59,897 nucleotides of DNA from Tubiluchus corallicola (Eukaryota; Animalia; Priapulida): assembly GCA_030141605.1 (NCBI GenBank), contig JAQGDQ010001138.1, forward strand, positions 1-59,897, read 5' to 3'. Shown piece by piece: positions 27,036 through 39,735 of this stretch (its first letter is position 1; each line of letters opens with the position of its first letter). The notes beneath the pieces are model-generated. The model worked only from the letters and a program-made list of their open reading frames with translations. It did no database searches and was not told the DNA's origin. The position numbers were made by a program, and so were the translations under genes.

Positions 27036-27083
27036 GCAGTTAATCCACCCATTAACTGACCAGACTCAACCATTCTTAACTTT
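27036..27083 (-). pseudogene. Degenerate 5S rRNA-derived fragment (5S pseudogene or SINE3-like head)
   Basis: Minus strand aagttaagaatggttgagtctggtcagttaatgggtggattaactgc aligns by eye at roughly 70% with the recalled 5S internal control region AAGTTAAGCAGGGTCGGGCCTGGTTAGTACTTGGATGGGTGACCGC. Confidence 0.45.
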
Positions 27084-27499
27084 GGCCGCCTATCATGTCA
27101 GAATCATTGACATTTTGGTTAATGTAATTATTAATTATCAATGTTAGTTATTAACAGCACTAATTAATGTTGATAGATTATAAATTATGTTCCTATAAAT
27201 GTGATTTGAATTGAATTGGTTGAGAAAATGATCTACACAATCTATTTTTCACTTTTTAAACACGTAGACCTCTATATAGAATGAAACGTTTCTGTCTTTA
27301 TGCCTCGTAAAAAAGATTTACCTGTAAAGATTATGCACACCTGAGCGATGATTACAGGTGAATTGCAGGTGCAGTTGGCGCATCCAACCGAAAAACCGCT
27401 TTTTAATTAGAAAATGATATCGCGGGTATAAGACCTATATATTTAAACATGCATATTAGAGTATAATTGATGCCTAATTAGGTATTGCTGCCAGTGGCA

Positions 27500-27805
27500 T
27501 TGGACTATTCCATTTTCTCACATTGTGGGGGGGGGCAGATTGTGATTTTATTTATAATTTATGAAATATTGCTTCAAATTGGACTGTTCCATTTACTCAT
27601 ATTGTGGGGGGGGGCAGATTGTGATTTCATTTGTCATTCTTGAAATATTGCTTCAAATTGGACTGTTCCATTTACTCATATTGTGTGTGGGGGGGGGGGC
27701 AGATTGTGATTTAATTTACCATTCATGAGATATTGTTTCAAACGGCATTGGACTGTCCTATTTTGTCACATTGTGGGGGTGACAGGTTGTGATTTTATTT
27801 ACCAT
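27500..27805. repeat. Degenerate minisatellite, about 80-90-bp unit with a poly-G core, 4 copies
   Basis: tggactgttccattt.ctca.attgtgGGGGGGGcagattgtgattt at 27501, 27580, 27659, 27749; partial copy near 27895. Confidence 0.85.
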
Positions 27806-28684
27806 ATCATGAGACAACATTTCTATCTTTTAAGAATAGGTCACAGAAAGACTGGTCTTAATTTATTCATTAGCTATAGCTATAGATTACAATAGCTGTC
27901 CTATTTCCTTACATTGTGGGCGTGTCTTCTCCCCTTGAAGGCGTGTCTAACCAAGCCCTTATCAGTGGGTCAGGCTGTGTTCTTTTGCATTATCGTTATT
28001 ATAAACTAATATTTGTTAACAAACTTTTACTAGACTTGTTTTCGCTACAGTAAAGTATGTAGGTGACGTTTCTTCTGTAAATTTGGCAATTTGCCAGGTT
28101 TGTTTTTGCTGCACAAATTTCTGGAACCTCCCTGGCAAAAGTTGCAAAGTTTCACGGCACTCGTCCTTGGCCGATAAATGTCTCACTAGCATGGGTGGTC
28201 ATGATTCGCGCTTGACCAGTGGTCAATATTAATTCATGTGCAGCTAATAGCCACACTTCCGCTGCGGCACCATATATGGTACCGCCAAAGCATTTTGCTG
28301 CCGATGATTTGATTATTAATCATCAATTTGTTCCGATTAACCTCCATTTTAAAATGTTAGAGGTCACGTGACGTTTCCGGTTAGTTTGTTGTTTATTTGT
28401 TTCCGTGCTTGTTTACTTTTTATCTGTTTATTCCTTTGCATTTTACTTGCTTCAGACTTTGTTTATTGGTTTTCATGTTTGTTTATTTGCTTACCTACTT
28501 ATTTACTTTTGTACATGTTTGTTTACTTGTTCTTCTTGTTTACGTTTTTGCCTACTTGTTTGCATGTTTTTTTACATGTTTGCATTGTTGTTTACATCTG
28601 TTGACTTATTTTAATAATCACTCACAGAAGCTTTGAAATCCAATGCATCCATGTTTCTTAATTGTTTCTTATTTATTGTGTTTT

Positions 28685-29297
28685 ATTGTATTGTATTGTA
28701 TTGTATTGTATTGTATTGTATTGTATTGTATTGTATTGTATTGTATTGTATTGTATTGTATTGCATTGCATTGCATTGCATTGCATTGCATTGCATTGCA
28801 CTGCACTGCACTGCACTGCACTGCACTGCACTGTTTTGTATTGTATTGTATTGTATTGTATTGTATTGTACTGTACTGTACTGTACTGTACTGTACTGTA
28901 CTGTACTGTACTGTACTGTACTGTACTGTACTGTACTGTACTGTACTGTACTGTACTGTACTGTACTGTACTGTACTGTACTGTACTGTACTGTACTGTA
29001 CTGTACTGTACTGTACTGTACTGTACTGTACTGTACTGTACTGTACTGTACTGTACTGTACTGTACTGTACTGTACTGTACTGTACTGTACTGTACTGTA
29101 CTGTACTGTACTGTACTGTACTGTACTGTACTGTACTGTACTGTACTGTACTGTACTGTACTGTACTGTACTGTACTGTACTGTACTGTACTGTACTGTA
29201 CTGTACTGTACTGTACTGTACTGTACTGTACTGTTCTGTACTGTACTGTACTGTACTGTACTGTACTGTATTGTATTGTATTGTATTGTACTGTATT
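28685..29297. repeat. Compound pentanucleotide microsatellite (TTGTA)n(TTGCA)n(CTGCA)n(TTGTA)n(CTGTA)n(TTGTA)n
   Basis: Directly visible; preceded by cryptic TTTG/TTTA simple sequence at 28380-28620. Confidence 0.98.
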
Positions 29298-29902
29298 GTT
29301 TCTTATCACCCTGTACATACAAGACACAGTTACCTAGGTAGAATTACTATCAACAACTCATTATTCATTGTTGTCTAATATTTAACTACTATATGACATT
29401 ATAGGTAGCGTATAGAGAAGATTACATAATAATCATCTAATTTATCATCCCCTCCTCTCTCCCACCATCTGTTGCTTCTGTCACTACACAGAGAGCGCTG
29501 ATTAAACTCATCAATCCCACAACACAATGCTCCTCTTTCACTGATTAACTCTTTGACCCCGGCAGACAAAGATTCTCTTTGCGGTGCTTGGGTTTGTTTG
29601 TGATTTCTGACGTTTCTCGCGACGCGGCGAGGATTGATGTGACTGGGCTTCACATCCGTTTAATCCGGGGTAATCCGGCGGGTGCTACCGGATCCGAGTG
29701 TGCAGGGGTTAGTGGCGCAAAGATTTATAGTGGTATGATGCCTGTGTGGTCTGTTGGGTTCGTTAAGTTACTGTATCGTGGCTGAAATGCATTTTGGGGA
29801 CGTTTCTGTCTTGGGAAACGCTTATAGCGGGTGGTCCAGAAAAAATGTGCCAAAGTTTTGACTGTAATATTAGAAGCAACTGACTAGCAAAATTTAAATT
29901 AG

Positions 29903-29915
29903 TATTATTATTATT

Positions 29916-29965
<50 letters not shown>

Positions 29966-30022
29966 TATTATTATTATTATTATTATTATCACTATTATTA
30001 TTATTATTATCATCACCATCAT

Positions 30023-30055
<33 letters not shown>

Positions 30056-30068
30056 TTTCATTATAATC

Positions 30069-30098
<30 letters not shown>
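29903..30098. repeat. Mixed (ATT)n/(ATC)n trinucleotide microsatellite
   Basis: Directly visible. Confidence 0.95.
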
Positions 30099-30099
<1 letters not shown>

Positions 30100-31468
30100 A
30101 ACACAGTTGATCATCAAACTTTTTGCAGTAATGATATTTTCAGTATTTATATGATAAAACGCCCAACATACTCTGAAAAAAAATAAAAAAGAATTTCAAG
30201 AGCTGGATTCGAACCGTCCTCAAACATTCAATTCCTGACGTAAGATAATGATGTGCAAAGCTTTATATTTGTTTGCCCGCAGGAAAAACGTACATGGCAC
30301 GTCGTCTGAGCCTCGCTTTCATATTCCAATGAGTCAAATGGTGTCACTTCTAAGATTTGTTCTGAAAAAATATTGTGTCGGACTTGAATCTACCGTCCCT
30401 TTATTAAAACTGAGAGAAAAGAGATGACAAAACCAGAGGGAAAAATAGAGAAGTTGAAAAAAAACCTGAAATTGAAGAAAATTTGATTGTCAAATTTTAC
30501 GTCTTCAGCTTGATGTTCTGCGAAATATTCTTTAAGACAAAATTTCTTTGCAAAAACAACCGTCAGTTTCCATTTTAAAATCTAGACACTTAAGTCGATT
30601 GATAGTTACTTATTTCTGCAAATACTTTTGCCCGTATCCCATAATTCCCTGTCCGGGAAGAATCAGTCAGTATTAGACAATCTAAAGCTTTGTAACAGGT
30701 CCTGATTAGCTTCCCATTGTGCATGCATAGCTGGGTTAAAAATGAGCACGTCAAAACAAAATTCCCCTGTGGTTCTGAGCACTCATACGGTCCAACCTGC
30801 ATTAAACCTCCATTAATCTTTCGGTCCGCCCTGTATAAAATCTCCATTTATCATATCCATAATCGCCAGTCAAACAATGGATGAAGGAAAATCCTGATGG
30901 GCTTCCTTACAGCTTTAGCACGTGGTAGGGACTCGGAAAGAAGCCAAGTTTCTGGAGCCGTGATCAAGGTCGTCTCTTATTGAAGCCCCCCGTTTTAGGG
31001 GAAGAGCACGAGACTTGGTCTGTCTAACACAAACACCATAAACTGATACTGGCACGTGTAAACCTCATAAACCACCGCGGCGTCTAGAACAAAGTCGACC
31101 ATACGGTGAAAGAATCACACTATTGCCACACGTCTTTGAGAAAGAGTCACTCCACTGCCTGGAAGTTTCTGATTTTGACTGAACAAAAATCAACATTGTC
31201 TTCAAATAATTTGGTAATTCGTAAAAGAGTCTGCCGCTAGGAGTCACCACGTTTATTGAACAACAATTGTTTCGGTTACCGAACTATAAAGCAAACTAAA
31301 TGGTACATCGATGATACAGAGGCATAAACTGAAACTACAAAACAACAGATTAGAATTTAACTTATCAAATATAAGCTAAACTTGTAACTTAAGAAACTGC
31401 AGAGAAATTTAAAAAGTGTAAAAGAACTACATAACACGTGAAAACCAAAAAAATGAAAAACGACAGCT

Positions 31469-31602
31469 AAACAAGTTTACATAATGAAGAACCACAACAG
31501 ATAAACAAGTTTACATAATGAAGAACCACAACAGATAAACAAGTTTACATAATAAAGAACCACAACAGATAAACAAGTTTACATAATGAAGAACCACAAC
31601 AG
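31469..31602. repeat. 34-bp minisatellite, 4 copies
   Basis: Unit aaacaagtttacataatgaagaaccacaacagat. Confidence 0.95.
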
Positions 31603-32459
31603 TAAGCATTATAAGGACAAAACTTCTACATTTTGCCCAATTTACAACAAGCGGGAACTACAATACGGGAAACCATGTGAATGCGAAAGTGACAAGAGAT
31701 GAAATCCACCACGACCGCTACAGACCCTGAGGAAAATAGTCAAACAGATTTGATAATATTTGAAATTTGAAATATGGCCATTTAAAATTTACGAAAGTGT
31801 AACTTTATTGCTATTTTTCTAAATTCGCATATTTCAGGGTCGTGTTAGCTTGTGATTAATTCAATATCATCAGTATGATTTTTCAAATTTTTGCAAACAT
31901 CATTGAAAAATTTTAGGTCATTACAAAGAATAGCTCTATTGTCTATTTTCCTTATTTATCAATGTGCAGCTAGAATCACTTTATTGCAGTTCATTGTGAA
32001 CGAGTCACGCAATAGCTATCTATTTTAATTCAACAAAGTTTTGTTATACATTCTTTTGCCTTGTACGTCTATTAAAAAGAATAATACTATTGCTCGCGTT
32101 AATTTTCACGCACTATATCGTGTTAGGTGTGTTAGCATTGACAATATTACAGTTATCGCATGACAAAATCAACAATGAATCACTTGGTTACGCTTGCTGT
32201 ACGAAAGAATCACGTTATTTCGCTTGCGTAGAACCGCTGCCCCCAAAATACGGTGTTGTTGAAAGAATCACTTGGTTTTCACGTCAAAGAATCACGCTGT
32301 TGTTGTTTGTAAATAAACTCGACGTGAGTTTTGGGGTGTTTTGATTAGTTGGGCTGCAGTTTCAGGCGGGTATGCTCGTTTAGGCTTTTAATTAGGCGGC
32401 TTATCTGATACCCGAATTCCCGGGCCCGAGATCGTTGCCCTTTCGTGCGGTGTGCCGAT

Positions 32460-32952
32460 TTTGAAATAATTGTTTGTTCTGTGTCAGCAATTATTATTTC
32501 TATCTAAAATTTGAATAATCATTTGTGATGTGTTAGCAGTTGTGATTTATGCAGAGTTTGAATGTTATTTGTAGCGTGTTAGCAGATTATAATGAAGAGT
32601 TAAATAATTGTTTGTTGTGTGTTAGCGATTAATTATGCAGAGTTTAAATAATTGCTTTTTTGTATATCAGCAGTGGATTATGCAGGTTTAAAAAACTGTT
32701 TGGCATTAGTAATGAAATATTCAGAGTTTAAATAATTGTTTGTTGTGTGTTAGCAGTGAAATATGCAGAGTTTAAATAATTGTTTGTTGTGTGTTAGCAA
32801 TGAATTATGCAAAGTTTAAATAATTGTTTTGTGGTGTGTTAGCAATGAATTATGCAAAGTTTAAATAATTGTTTGTTGTGTTATAGCTGTAAATTATGCA
32901 GTGTTTGTACATTTCTTTGTTGTATGTTAGCAGTTATTATACAGAGTTTAAA
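32460..32952. repeat. Degenerate minisatellite, about 43-44-bp unit, about 11 copies
   Basis: Unit tttaaataattgtttgttgtgtgttagca.tgaattatgcagag. Confidence 0.88.
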
Positions 32953-33276
32953 CATGCTTCAAACGAAATGTCTCGACCCTCAGATTTGCCATTGGTAATT
33001 GGTCCACTGGGAGGAACGCGGGCGAGGAACCACTAAAAGCGGCCCTTTTTCCCCCCTTTTCACAAAAATTTGCAAAATTTATACCTCTTACTTCTAGAGA
33101 ATGTCATACTAATTTGCTTGGCTTTCATTCTGTCAAGAAGAAAAGTCTCTGTCTTTGCTATAATATCTTTACAATAGTGGCACAGCCCATTATCCTTGTT
33201 TTTTTAATAACAATTATGTAAAATGCCAGTAATTATATTTTCATAAATTAAATATAAATTATACGTTCCGTAAAAT

Positions 33277-33345
33277 AATCATTTTAAAACTAACATTGGC
33301 ATTCCTCAAGGTGACTATCTTAAGCCAGTGCTTTATTTATAATAT
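33277..33345 (+). mobile_element. Decayed non-LTR reverse transcriptase fragment
   Basis: Translates NHFKTNIGIPQGDYLKPVLYL*Y, matching the RT motif G(I/V)PQG(D/S).LSP.LF..Y. Confidence 0.65.
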
Positions 33346-33481
33346 AAATGTAAAGTAAAATCCCTTGACGCGTTATCTTTGTAAATTCATTCACTGAATT
33401 CAGGTTAGTAGTGAACCAAGTTTATCTATTATATTAATATTCTTGGTATGGGCTTTATAAATATATATATATATATAAGAT

Positions 33482-33890
33482 TCTAGGCTACAGCTTCGAC
33501 GAGGGCACCATTTGCGGCGATCTATACAACCAAACGAAAGGTCTCGAGGGTTTATTTTTCGAATCGGGCCCACCGTGAGGAAAGGGGGGGGGCAAAAAAC
33601 CTCCAAAAATGGCCATTTTTCGGCCGTTTTTTGCAAAAGTTATACGGCTGAGATGTAGAGAACGGGAATTTGCCGAGGGTGGTGCTGGGTATGGATAGAT
33701 AGCCCGTTCAGCGATGGGTGTCATAGGCCTATTTAGAATTCGCGAGAGGGCCAGAGGGCCACGGGGTCCTGCAACGGGCGTTTTCCCCCACCCAATTCGC
33801 GATTTTTTCGAAATTTTGACCAAACAGCATGCGGAAAAAACGTTCTAGCGTCGCCTGGTGGGACGCTTGGAATTGTATATTATTATATAA
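33482..33890. mobile_element. Unclassified GC-rich non-autonomous element (Helitron/Helentron-like)
   Basis: Sharp GC-rich island of about 410 bp, bounded on both sides by ...tatataag; CTAG at one end and stem-loop AGCGTC...GACGCT (33847-33867) near the other; no TIR or TSD seen. Confidence 0.35.
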
Positions 33891-34364
33891 GTCCATATTA
33901 TAAGCGCAGCTGATCTCATATAGTTGTTTAATATCTAATCTCGTCACTCGTCTTCCTAATATGGTGACTTTCTTTAACACAGATTACAACGCATTCCAAG
34001 AATAAAGCCTTAAACGTTTGTCCTTGGCTTTGTCCCAGGGTCTGTAATGTTGGCTGAGTGAATCATTCTATCTTGTTGTGTCGTGTCAAAGGTCTCTTGT
34101 TTGCCTGTTCATCTGATACGCCGCTTAGAGAGACGTAGAGAGGCTAATACAGCAATACATGTTATAGGATTTGGCGGCGTCTTTTACTGGGGTGAGAGAT
34201 CAGAGGAGGGTGATTGTTGAGAGTGGAAGAGAATGAGAAAAAAATCTGTGCGCATTTAATATCAGCCGTTACTGAAGCCGGAAGTTTGCTGGGGAAAACG
34301 GAAGTGGTTTTTGGAGAGAGTTGATACACACATAAATCCCTAGGGGTGATAATTGACATTTGTT

Positions 34365-35548
34365 TATTTTAGATCAGATTACATTTTATTTCACAGTAAA
34401 TACCAAACTCAAGCATTTACATCACACAATAAAACATGCTCTAAAATATTACTGTGTGCTCTATAGGTGTACAATAACGTAGGGCGTGTTACAACATACA
34501 CTGTAATACAACATAATGTACAATAATGTTTTGTGTTATTGTATGTCATTAATGTATGTAGTAATAGTGTATATCTGTTGTGTAGCAAGTATACTATATA
34601 TGTGTAGTGCAGATGGTGGTATAGGTTTTACATGTCAAGGTTTTACATGTAGACCTGCGTTAACTCAAATGTAGATTTAGGTAATTCAAATATGTCTTGC
34701 TAACTCAAATGTAGACTTATGTTGTTCAAATGTGTTAACAATGATTTTCACAAATCTTGAGTGCTTTTGGTAAGTCAAATATAGACACATGTTAAGTCAA
34801 ATGTGACATTGGTATCTCAAATGTGGATAGGTGGTAAAGTTTAAGGATGTTAAATTTAATCATCTTCTTTAATTTCAATTTAATAATTGCTCCTAAGTTA
34901 AAATAACAACGTTATAGGCCTACTAATAGATGCACTATCTTTGGTTTATCTTTTTCTAATTTGCACTTAATAACTTAATTACCGATTTATTCAAAGTAAT
35001 GCATCTACATTTGACTTACCTTAGTCACATTTGAACTTTCCTATGTCTACATTTGACTTACCTTAGTCACATTTGAGTTACCAAAACACATTCGAAATTC
35101 CTATGTCTACATTTGACTTACCTAAGTCACATTTGAGTTACCAAAACACATTCGAAATTCCTATGTCTACATTTGACTTACCTTAGTCACATTTGAACTT
35201 TCCTATGTCTACATTTGACTTACCTTAGTCACATTTGAGTTACCAAAACACATTCGAAATTCCTATGTCTACATTTGACTTACCTAAGTCACATTTGAGT
35301 TACCAAAACACATTCGAAATTCCTATGTCTACATTTGACTTACCTAAGTCACATTTGAACTTTCCTGTGTCTACATTTGACTTACCTAAGTCACATTTGA
35401 ACTTTCCTGTGTCTACATTTGACGTGTAAAACCTATATATTGTATATGAGTAGTGCACATAATAGTTTTATAGAGTAGATTTAATTGTGTGATGTAAATG
35501 ACGTTATTTTGCTTTTATTAGCAAATAAACAGTAATCTAAATTAAAAT
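34365..35548. mobile_element. Foldback-type element with long modular inverted repeats
   Basis: 34414-34480 (catttacatcacacaat...) is the reverse complement of 35430-35500. ataggttt(t)tacatgtcaa (34621) mirrors ttgacgtgtaaaacctat (35419-35436). Inner arms are arrays of about 20-bp CAAATGT (left) / ACATTTG (right) subrepeats. Confidence 0.75.
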
Positions 35549-35964
35549 TTAATTGCATATTTAACGTCTTATAATGATGTAAGTATTATATTGATTATTC
35601 AAATTTACCCCAGTCGAATAATAAGACATTTACGGCATTTCAAAAATCTTAAAAAAAGTCCATCATGACTAAAAGTTGAAGCAGTTTCCCCTCGATATAC
35701 ACAGAGCATTTTTGTATAGTAGAAAATCAGTATAATAATATGTTCCCTCTGGTTCCTACTGAATTTACAAAAACTACTCTATATATACCCGAGAGAGACA
35801 CTAGAATTTTTTGTCATAGTGGGCTGTTTTTAAATATCTTTTGTAATTTATGTCCTATCTCAATTCTACGCATAATGCTGAATTTACAAAAATCGTCTTT
35901 CCATAAAAAAGTATTAAAATAGTTAGTCATGGTGGAATGCTTTTAAGATTCGCGCAAAATCCTA

Positions 35965-36334
35965 TTTTATGCCATATTTTACAAAAACCTCACTAATGGA
36001 CTGTTCTTTTGAATTTTGTTCAAAATCCTGGTTTATTTCCTATTTTAACTATACCCTAATAATGCATTTACAAAACGTACTCTTTGATTACTCTCGAAAA
36101 GAAGGTTAAATTAACGGGCTGATTTCGAATTTCGTTTTATGCCATTTTTTACGAAAACCTTACTAATGGACTGTTTTTTGAATTTTGTTCAAAATCCTAG
36201 TTTATTCCCTATTTTAACTATACCCTAATAATCCATCTGCAAAACATACTCCGCGATTACCCCAAGAAAAGACGATTAGAATAATAACGGGCTGTTTTCG
36301 AAATTCGCTTTATGCCATATTTTACGAAAACCTT
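35965..36334. repeat. Tandem duplication, about 170-bp unit x2.2
   Basis: tttatgccat.tttt.ac.aaaacct.actaatggactgtt.tttgaattttgttcaaaatcct... at about 35965 and 36135; partial third copy at 36310. Confidence 0.88.
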
Positions 36335-36757
36335 TCACCACGTGCACGAAATCACTGAAAGGCAATACAAACTGGGAAACTCCATTAATTTGGCTGCTTT
36401 CAATATGTGGGTAATGGTTGAGTAGCATTAATGCATCACGCTAGGCGATTGAATTTAATATTTGATAAGCTAACGATCTCTCAGCATGCAATGCCTAGTT
36501 TAGAGGCAGCACCAATTCCACACAGACCAGTTAAAATAATTATGATGTTAATTTATTCGCTGATTAGACTTTTTGCCGGCGTTGGAAAAATGACGGGCAC
36601 GTGATCCCGTGGGATTTGGGAATGCGGGAATGTGATTTCTTATGTTAATGGGAGTTGTATCAGTTGGATTCGTAGTTCAATGATCTTGAATTTAGCGTCT
36701 TGTATTGATGGAGTTTGAGTCTGTTGAAATTGGTTGCTACTGGCAACTGATTTATGA

Positions 36758-37498
36758 CCAAATATGGAAGTGTTGCTGAGTTTTATTTTGAAAAATCTAT
36801 CCAAATATGGAAGTGTTGCTGAGTTTTATATTGTAAATCTATCCAAATATGGAAGTGTTGCTGAGTTTTATTTTGTAAATCTATCCAAATATGGAAGTGT
36901 TGCTGAGTTTTATATTGTAAATCTATCCAAATATGGAAGTGTGGCTGAATTTTATATTGTAAATCTATCCAAATATGGAAGTGTTGCTGAGTTTTATTTT
37001 GTAAATCTATCCAAATATGGAAGTGTTGCTGAGTTTTATTTTGTAAATCTATCCGAATATGGAAGTGTTGCTGAGTTTTATTTTGTAAATCTATCCAAAT
37101 ATGGAAGTGTTGCTGAGTTTTATTTTGTAAATCTATCCAAATATGGAAGTGTTGCTGAGTTTTATATTGTAAATCTATCCAAATATGGAAGTGTTGCTGA
37201 GTTTTATATTGTAAATCTATCCAAATATGGAAGTGTGGCTGAATTTTATATTGTAAATCTATCCAAATATGGAAGTGTTGCTGAGTTTTATTTTGTAAAT
37301 CTATCCAAATATGGAAGTGTTGCTGAGTTTTATTTTGTAAATCTATCCAAATATGGAAGTGTTGCTGAGTTTTATTTTGTAAATCTATCCGAATATGGAA
37401 GTGTTGCTGAGTTTTATTTTGTAAATCTATCCAAATATGGAAGTGTTGCTGAGTTTTATTTTGTAAATCTATCCAAATATGGAAATGTTGCTGAGTTT
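36758..37498. repeat. 42-bp minisatellite, about 17.5 copies
   Basis: Unit ccaaatatggaagtgttgctgagtttta(t/a)tttgtaaatctat. Confidence 0.98.
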
Positions 37499-38154
37499 TT
37501 TATTTACCACTCAACAAATATTGAGGTTTTGGTGGATTTGATTTCGTGAGTCTGGCCAAATATGGAGGTGTTGCTGAATTTGACTTTGCAAATGTGACCA
37601 AATATGGAAATATTTCTCAAAAGTTATAAAATGCGTAGAATAAGCGTGGTTAACAGCCAAATAGTGACTGCGTGTGCTTAGAGACCAAAGCAACACTGAG
37701 CTGGGTGGTCTTCTGGATGCGTTCATCTGCAACAACACCAGAGGGCAGTTATCTCATTGAGGTTTACCATCATTCAAATTGGGCTTATTGTAAAGGGTCA
37801 TGTTCTATGATGAGCTAATTACCTGTCCTGCCGCACCAGCAGCATTCAATGGAAATAAGCGTCGGATGCGTGTGCTTACCTATATAAATAAATCATTCCT
37901 TACGAGAATTCAAATTCAGATGTATATAGAGCGAGATTCAGAGATCGAGTTGGGTACTGGTCGCGCCACAAGTCTTAGCAAAAAATGCTGTTCATAGGTC
38001 CTACCTAATTAGGGTTAAGAAACTGTAGAAATATAAACCTTGCAAAACTGTGATGTAATAAATCTGACTTAGAATGTCTGATGCCTAAGTATGGTAGCAG
38101 GTACTTTTAATAATGTCATACGTTTTATTCAAATCAGTTTTATTTCTCTTACAG

Positions 38155-38253
38155 GTGAATGGCATAGATGTGAGAGACGTTAGTCAGGCTGCTAGCTTAC
38201 TATCAACTAAACTACATGATATAACATTACTGCTGGGTAGACACAGTTGTTTG
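38155..38253 (+). CDS. PDZRN3: PDZRN3/4-like exon: second half of second PDZ domain
   Basis: Acceptor tttatttctcttacAG and donor GTacgt; 99 nt, phase 0/0. VNGIDVRDVSQAASLLSTKLHDITLLLGRHSCL completes the PDZ (family pattern (I/V)NGI.V.....A..LL.......LL..R). Confidence 0.9.
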
Positions 38254-38299
38254 GTACGTATAATAAAGTACTATACATTGCACTGTAGTTGAAGTTACG

Positions 38300-38770
38300 C
38301 AGTAGTGCAGGGCAATGCAGTGCATTGTTACCAATTGCAGTGCATCACAAGTGACAATATGTGTTTTACTCAACTTTCTAAGTGTAGTAGTGGTTCTTAC
38401 ATTGCACAGTAGTGCATTGTTATCAACTGCACAAGTAACAATGTGTTTTTACATAACTTCTTAAGTGTAGTAATGGTTCATTAATTGTACTGTAGTGCAG
38501 TGCAGTGAATCGTTACCAATTGCAGTGCATCACAAGTATCAATTTGTTTCTTACTCAATCTTTCTGAGTGTAGTAGTGGTTGTTACATTGCACAGTAGTG
38601 CATTGCAGTGCATTGTTATCAATTGCAGTGCACCACAAGTAACAGTGTGTTTTTACTTAACTTTGTGAGTATAGTAGTGGTTCTTACATTGTACTGTAGT
38701 GCAGTGCAGTGCAATGCAGTGCATTGTTACCATTTGCAGTGCACTACAAGCTACAACGTGCTTTAACTTA
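38300..38770. repeat. Degenerate TGCAG-rich repeat, about 100-bp unit, about 5 copies
   Basis: gcagtgcattgttaccaattgcagtgca.cacaagt..caat.tgtttt.act.aacttt..agtgtagtagtggttcttacattg recurs. Confidence 0.8.
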
Positions 38771-38951
38771 TATGTCTGTGTCTTGAAAAAGCATTTTTTC
38801 TTATTTTATCATTATAACATGGAAAAAGTGTTAGTTTTAGTAATTGTGCAGTGTATTACAGTGCATACAATGCATAATTCCAAAGTAAGCTAAACTCTAG
38901 CGCAGTCACAATACCTACTTCACACGTCGTTGCTTCCACATTGCTAACCAG

Positions 38952-39177
38952 TTAAGCAGCTTATAAAACGCAGATAGCTAGATGGTTGACTTCTAAAAGC
39001 CAACAGCCCAAATTGTTGCCTGCAGAGACCTCTTTTTCAAGGTGCGAACGGTAGTAGGAAAAAGGGCAGGAAAATCTCCCTCCCTCTCTCTCCCTCTTTC
39101 TCCCTCTTTCTCCCTCTCTTGCTCTCTCTCCTCGCTCTCTCTTACTCGCCTTGTCTCTCTTTTTCTCTCCCTCTTTC

Positions 39178-39213
<36 letters not shown>

Positions 39214-39507
39214 TCTCTCTCTTTCTCTCTCCCTCCCTCTCCCCCTGTTTCTCTCTGTGTCTCTCCCTCTCTCTATCTCTCTACCTCTCTCTCCCTCTCT
39301 TAAGCAGCTTATAAAACGCAGATAGCTGGATGGTTGACTTCTAAAAGCCAACAGCCCAAATTGTTGCCCACAGAGACCTCTTTTTCAAGGTGCGAACGGT
39401 AGTAGGAAAAAGGGCAGGAAAATCTCCCTCCCTCTCTCTCCCTCTCTTGCTCTCTCTCTCCCCGCTCTCTCTTACTCGCCTTGTCTCTCCTTTTCTCTCC
39501 CTCTTTC

Positions 39508-39557
<50 letters not shown>

Positions 39558-39735
39558 TCCCCCTCTGTGTCTCTCCCTCTCTCTATCTCTCTACCTCTCT
39601 CTCTCCCTCTCTTAAGCAGCTTATAAAACGCAGATAGCTGGATGGTTGACTTCTAAAAGCCAACAGCCCGAATTGTTGCCTGCAGAGACCTCTTTCTCAA
39701 GGTGCAAACATTAGTAGCAAAAAGGGCAGGAAAAT
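38952..39735. repeat. Triplicated unit of about 124 bp interleaved with CT-rich tracts
   Basis: ttaagcagcttataaaacgcagatagct.gatggttgacttctaaaagccaacagccc...gggcaggaaaat at 38952, 39300 and 39612; the CT tracts share cttactcgccttgtctctc. Confidence 0.93.

Noticed and set aside
28633-29378. (VLYCT)n / (QYSTV)n ORFs in five frames
   Set aside because: Pentanucleotide microsatellite lacking stop codons; open in nearly all frames.
36764-37549. 261-aa ORF of SKYGSVAEFYFVNL repeats
   Set aside because: Coincides with the 42-bp intronic minisatellite; the first unit is read in another frame; no unique domain.
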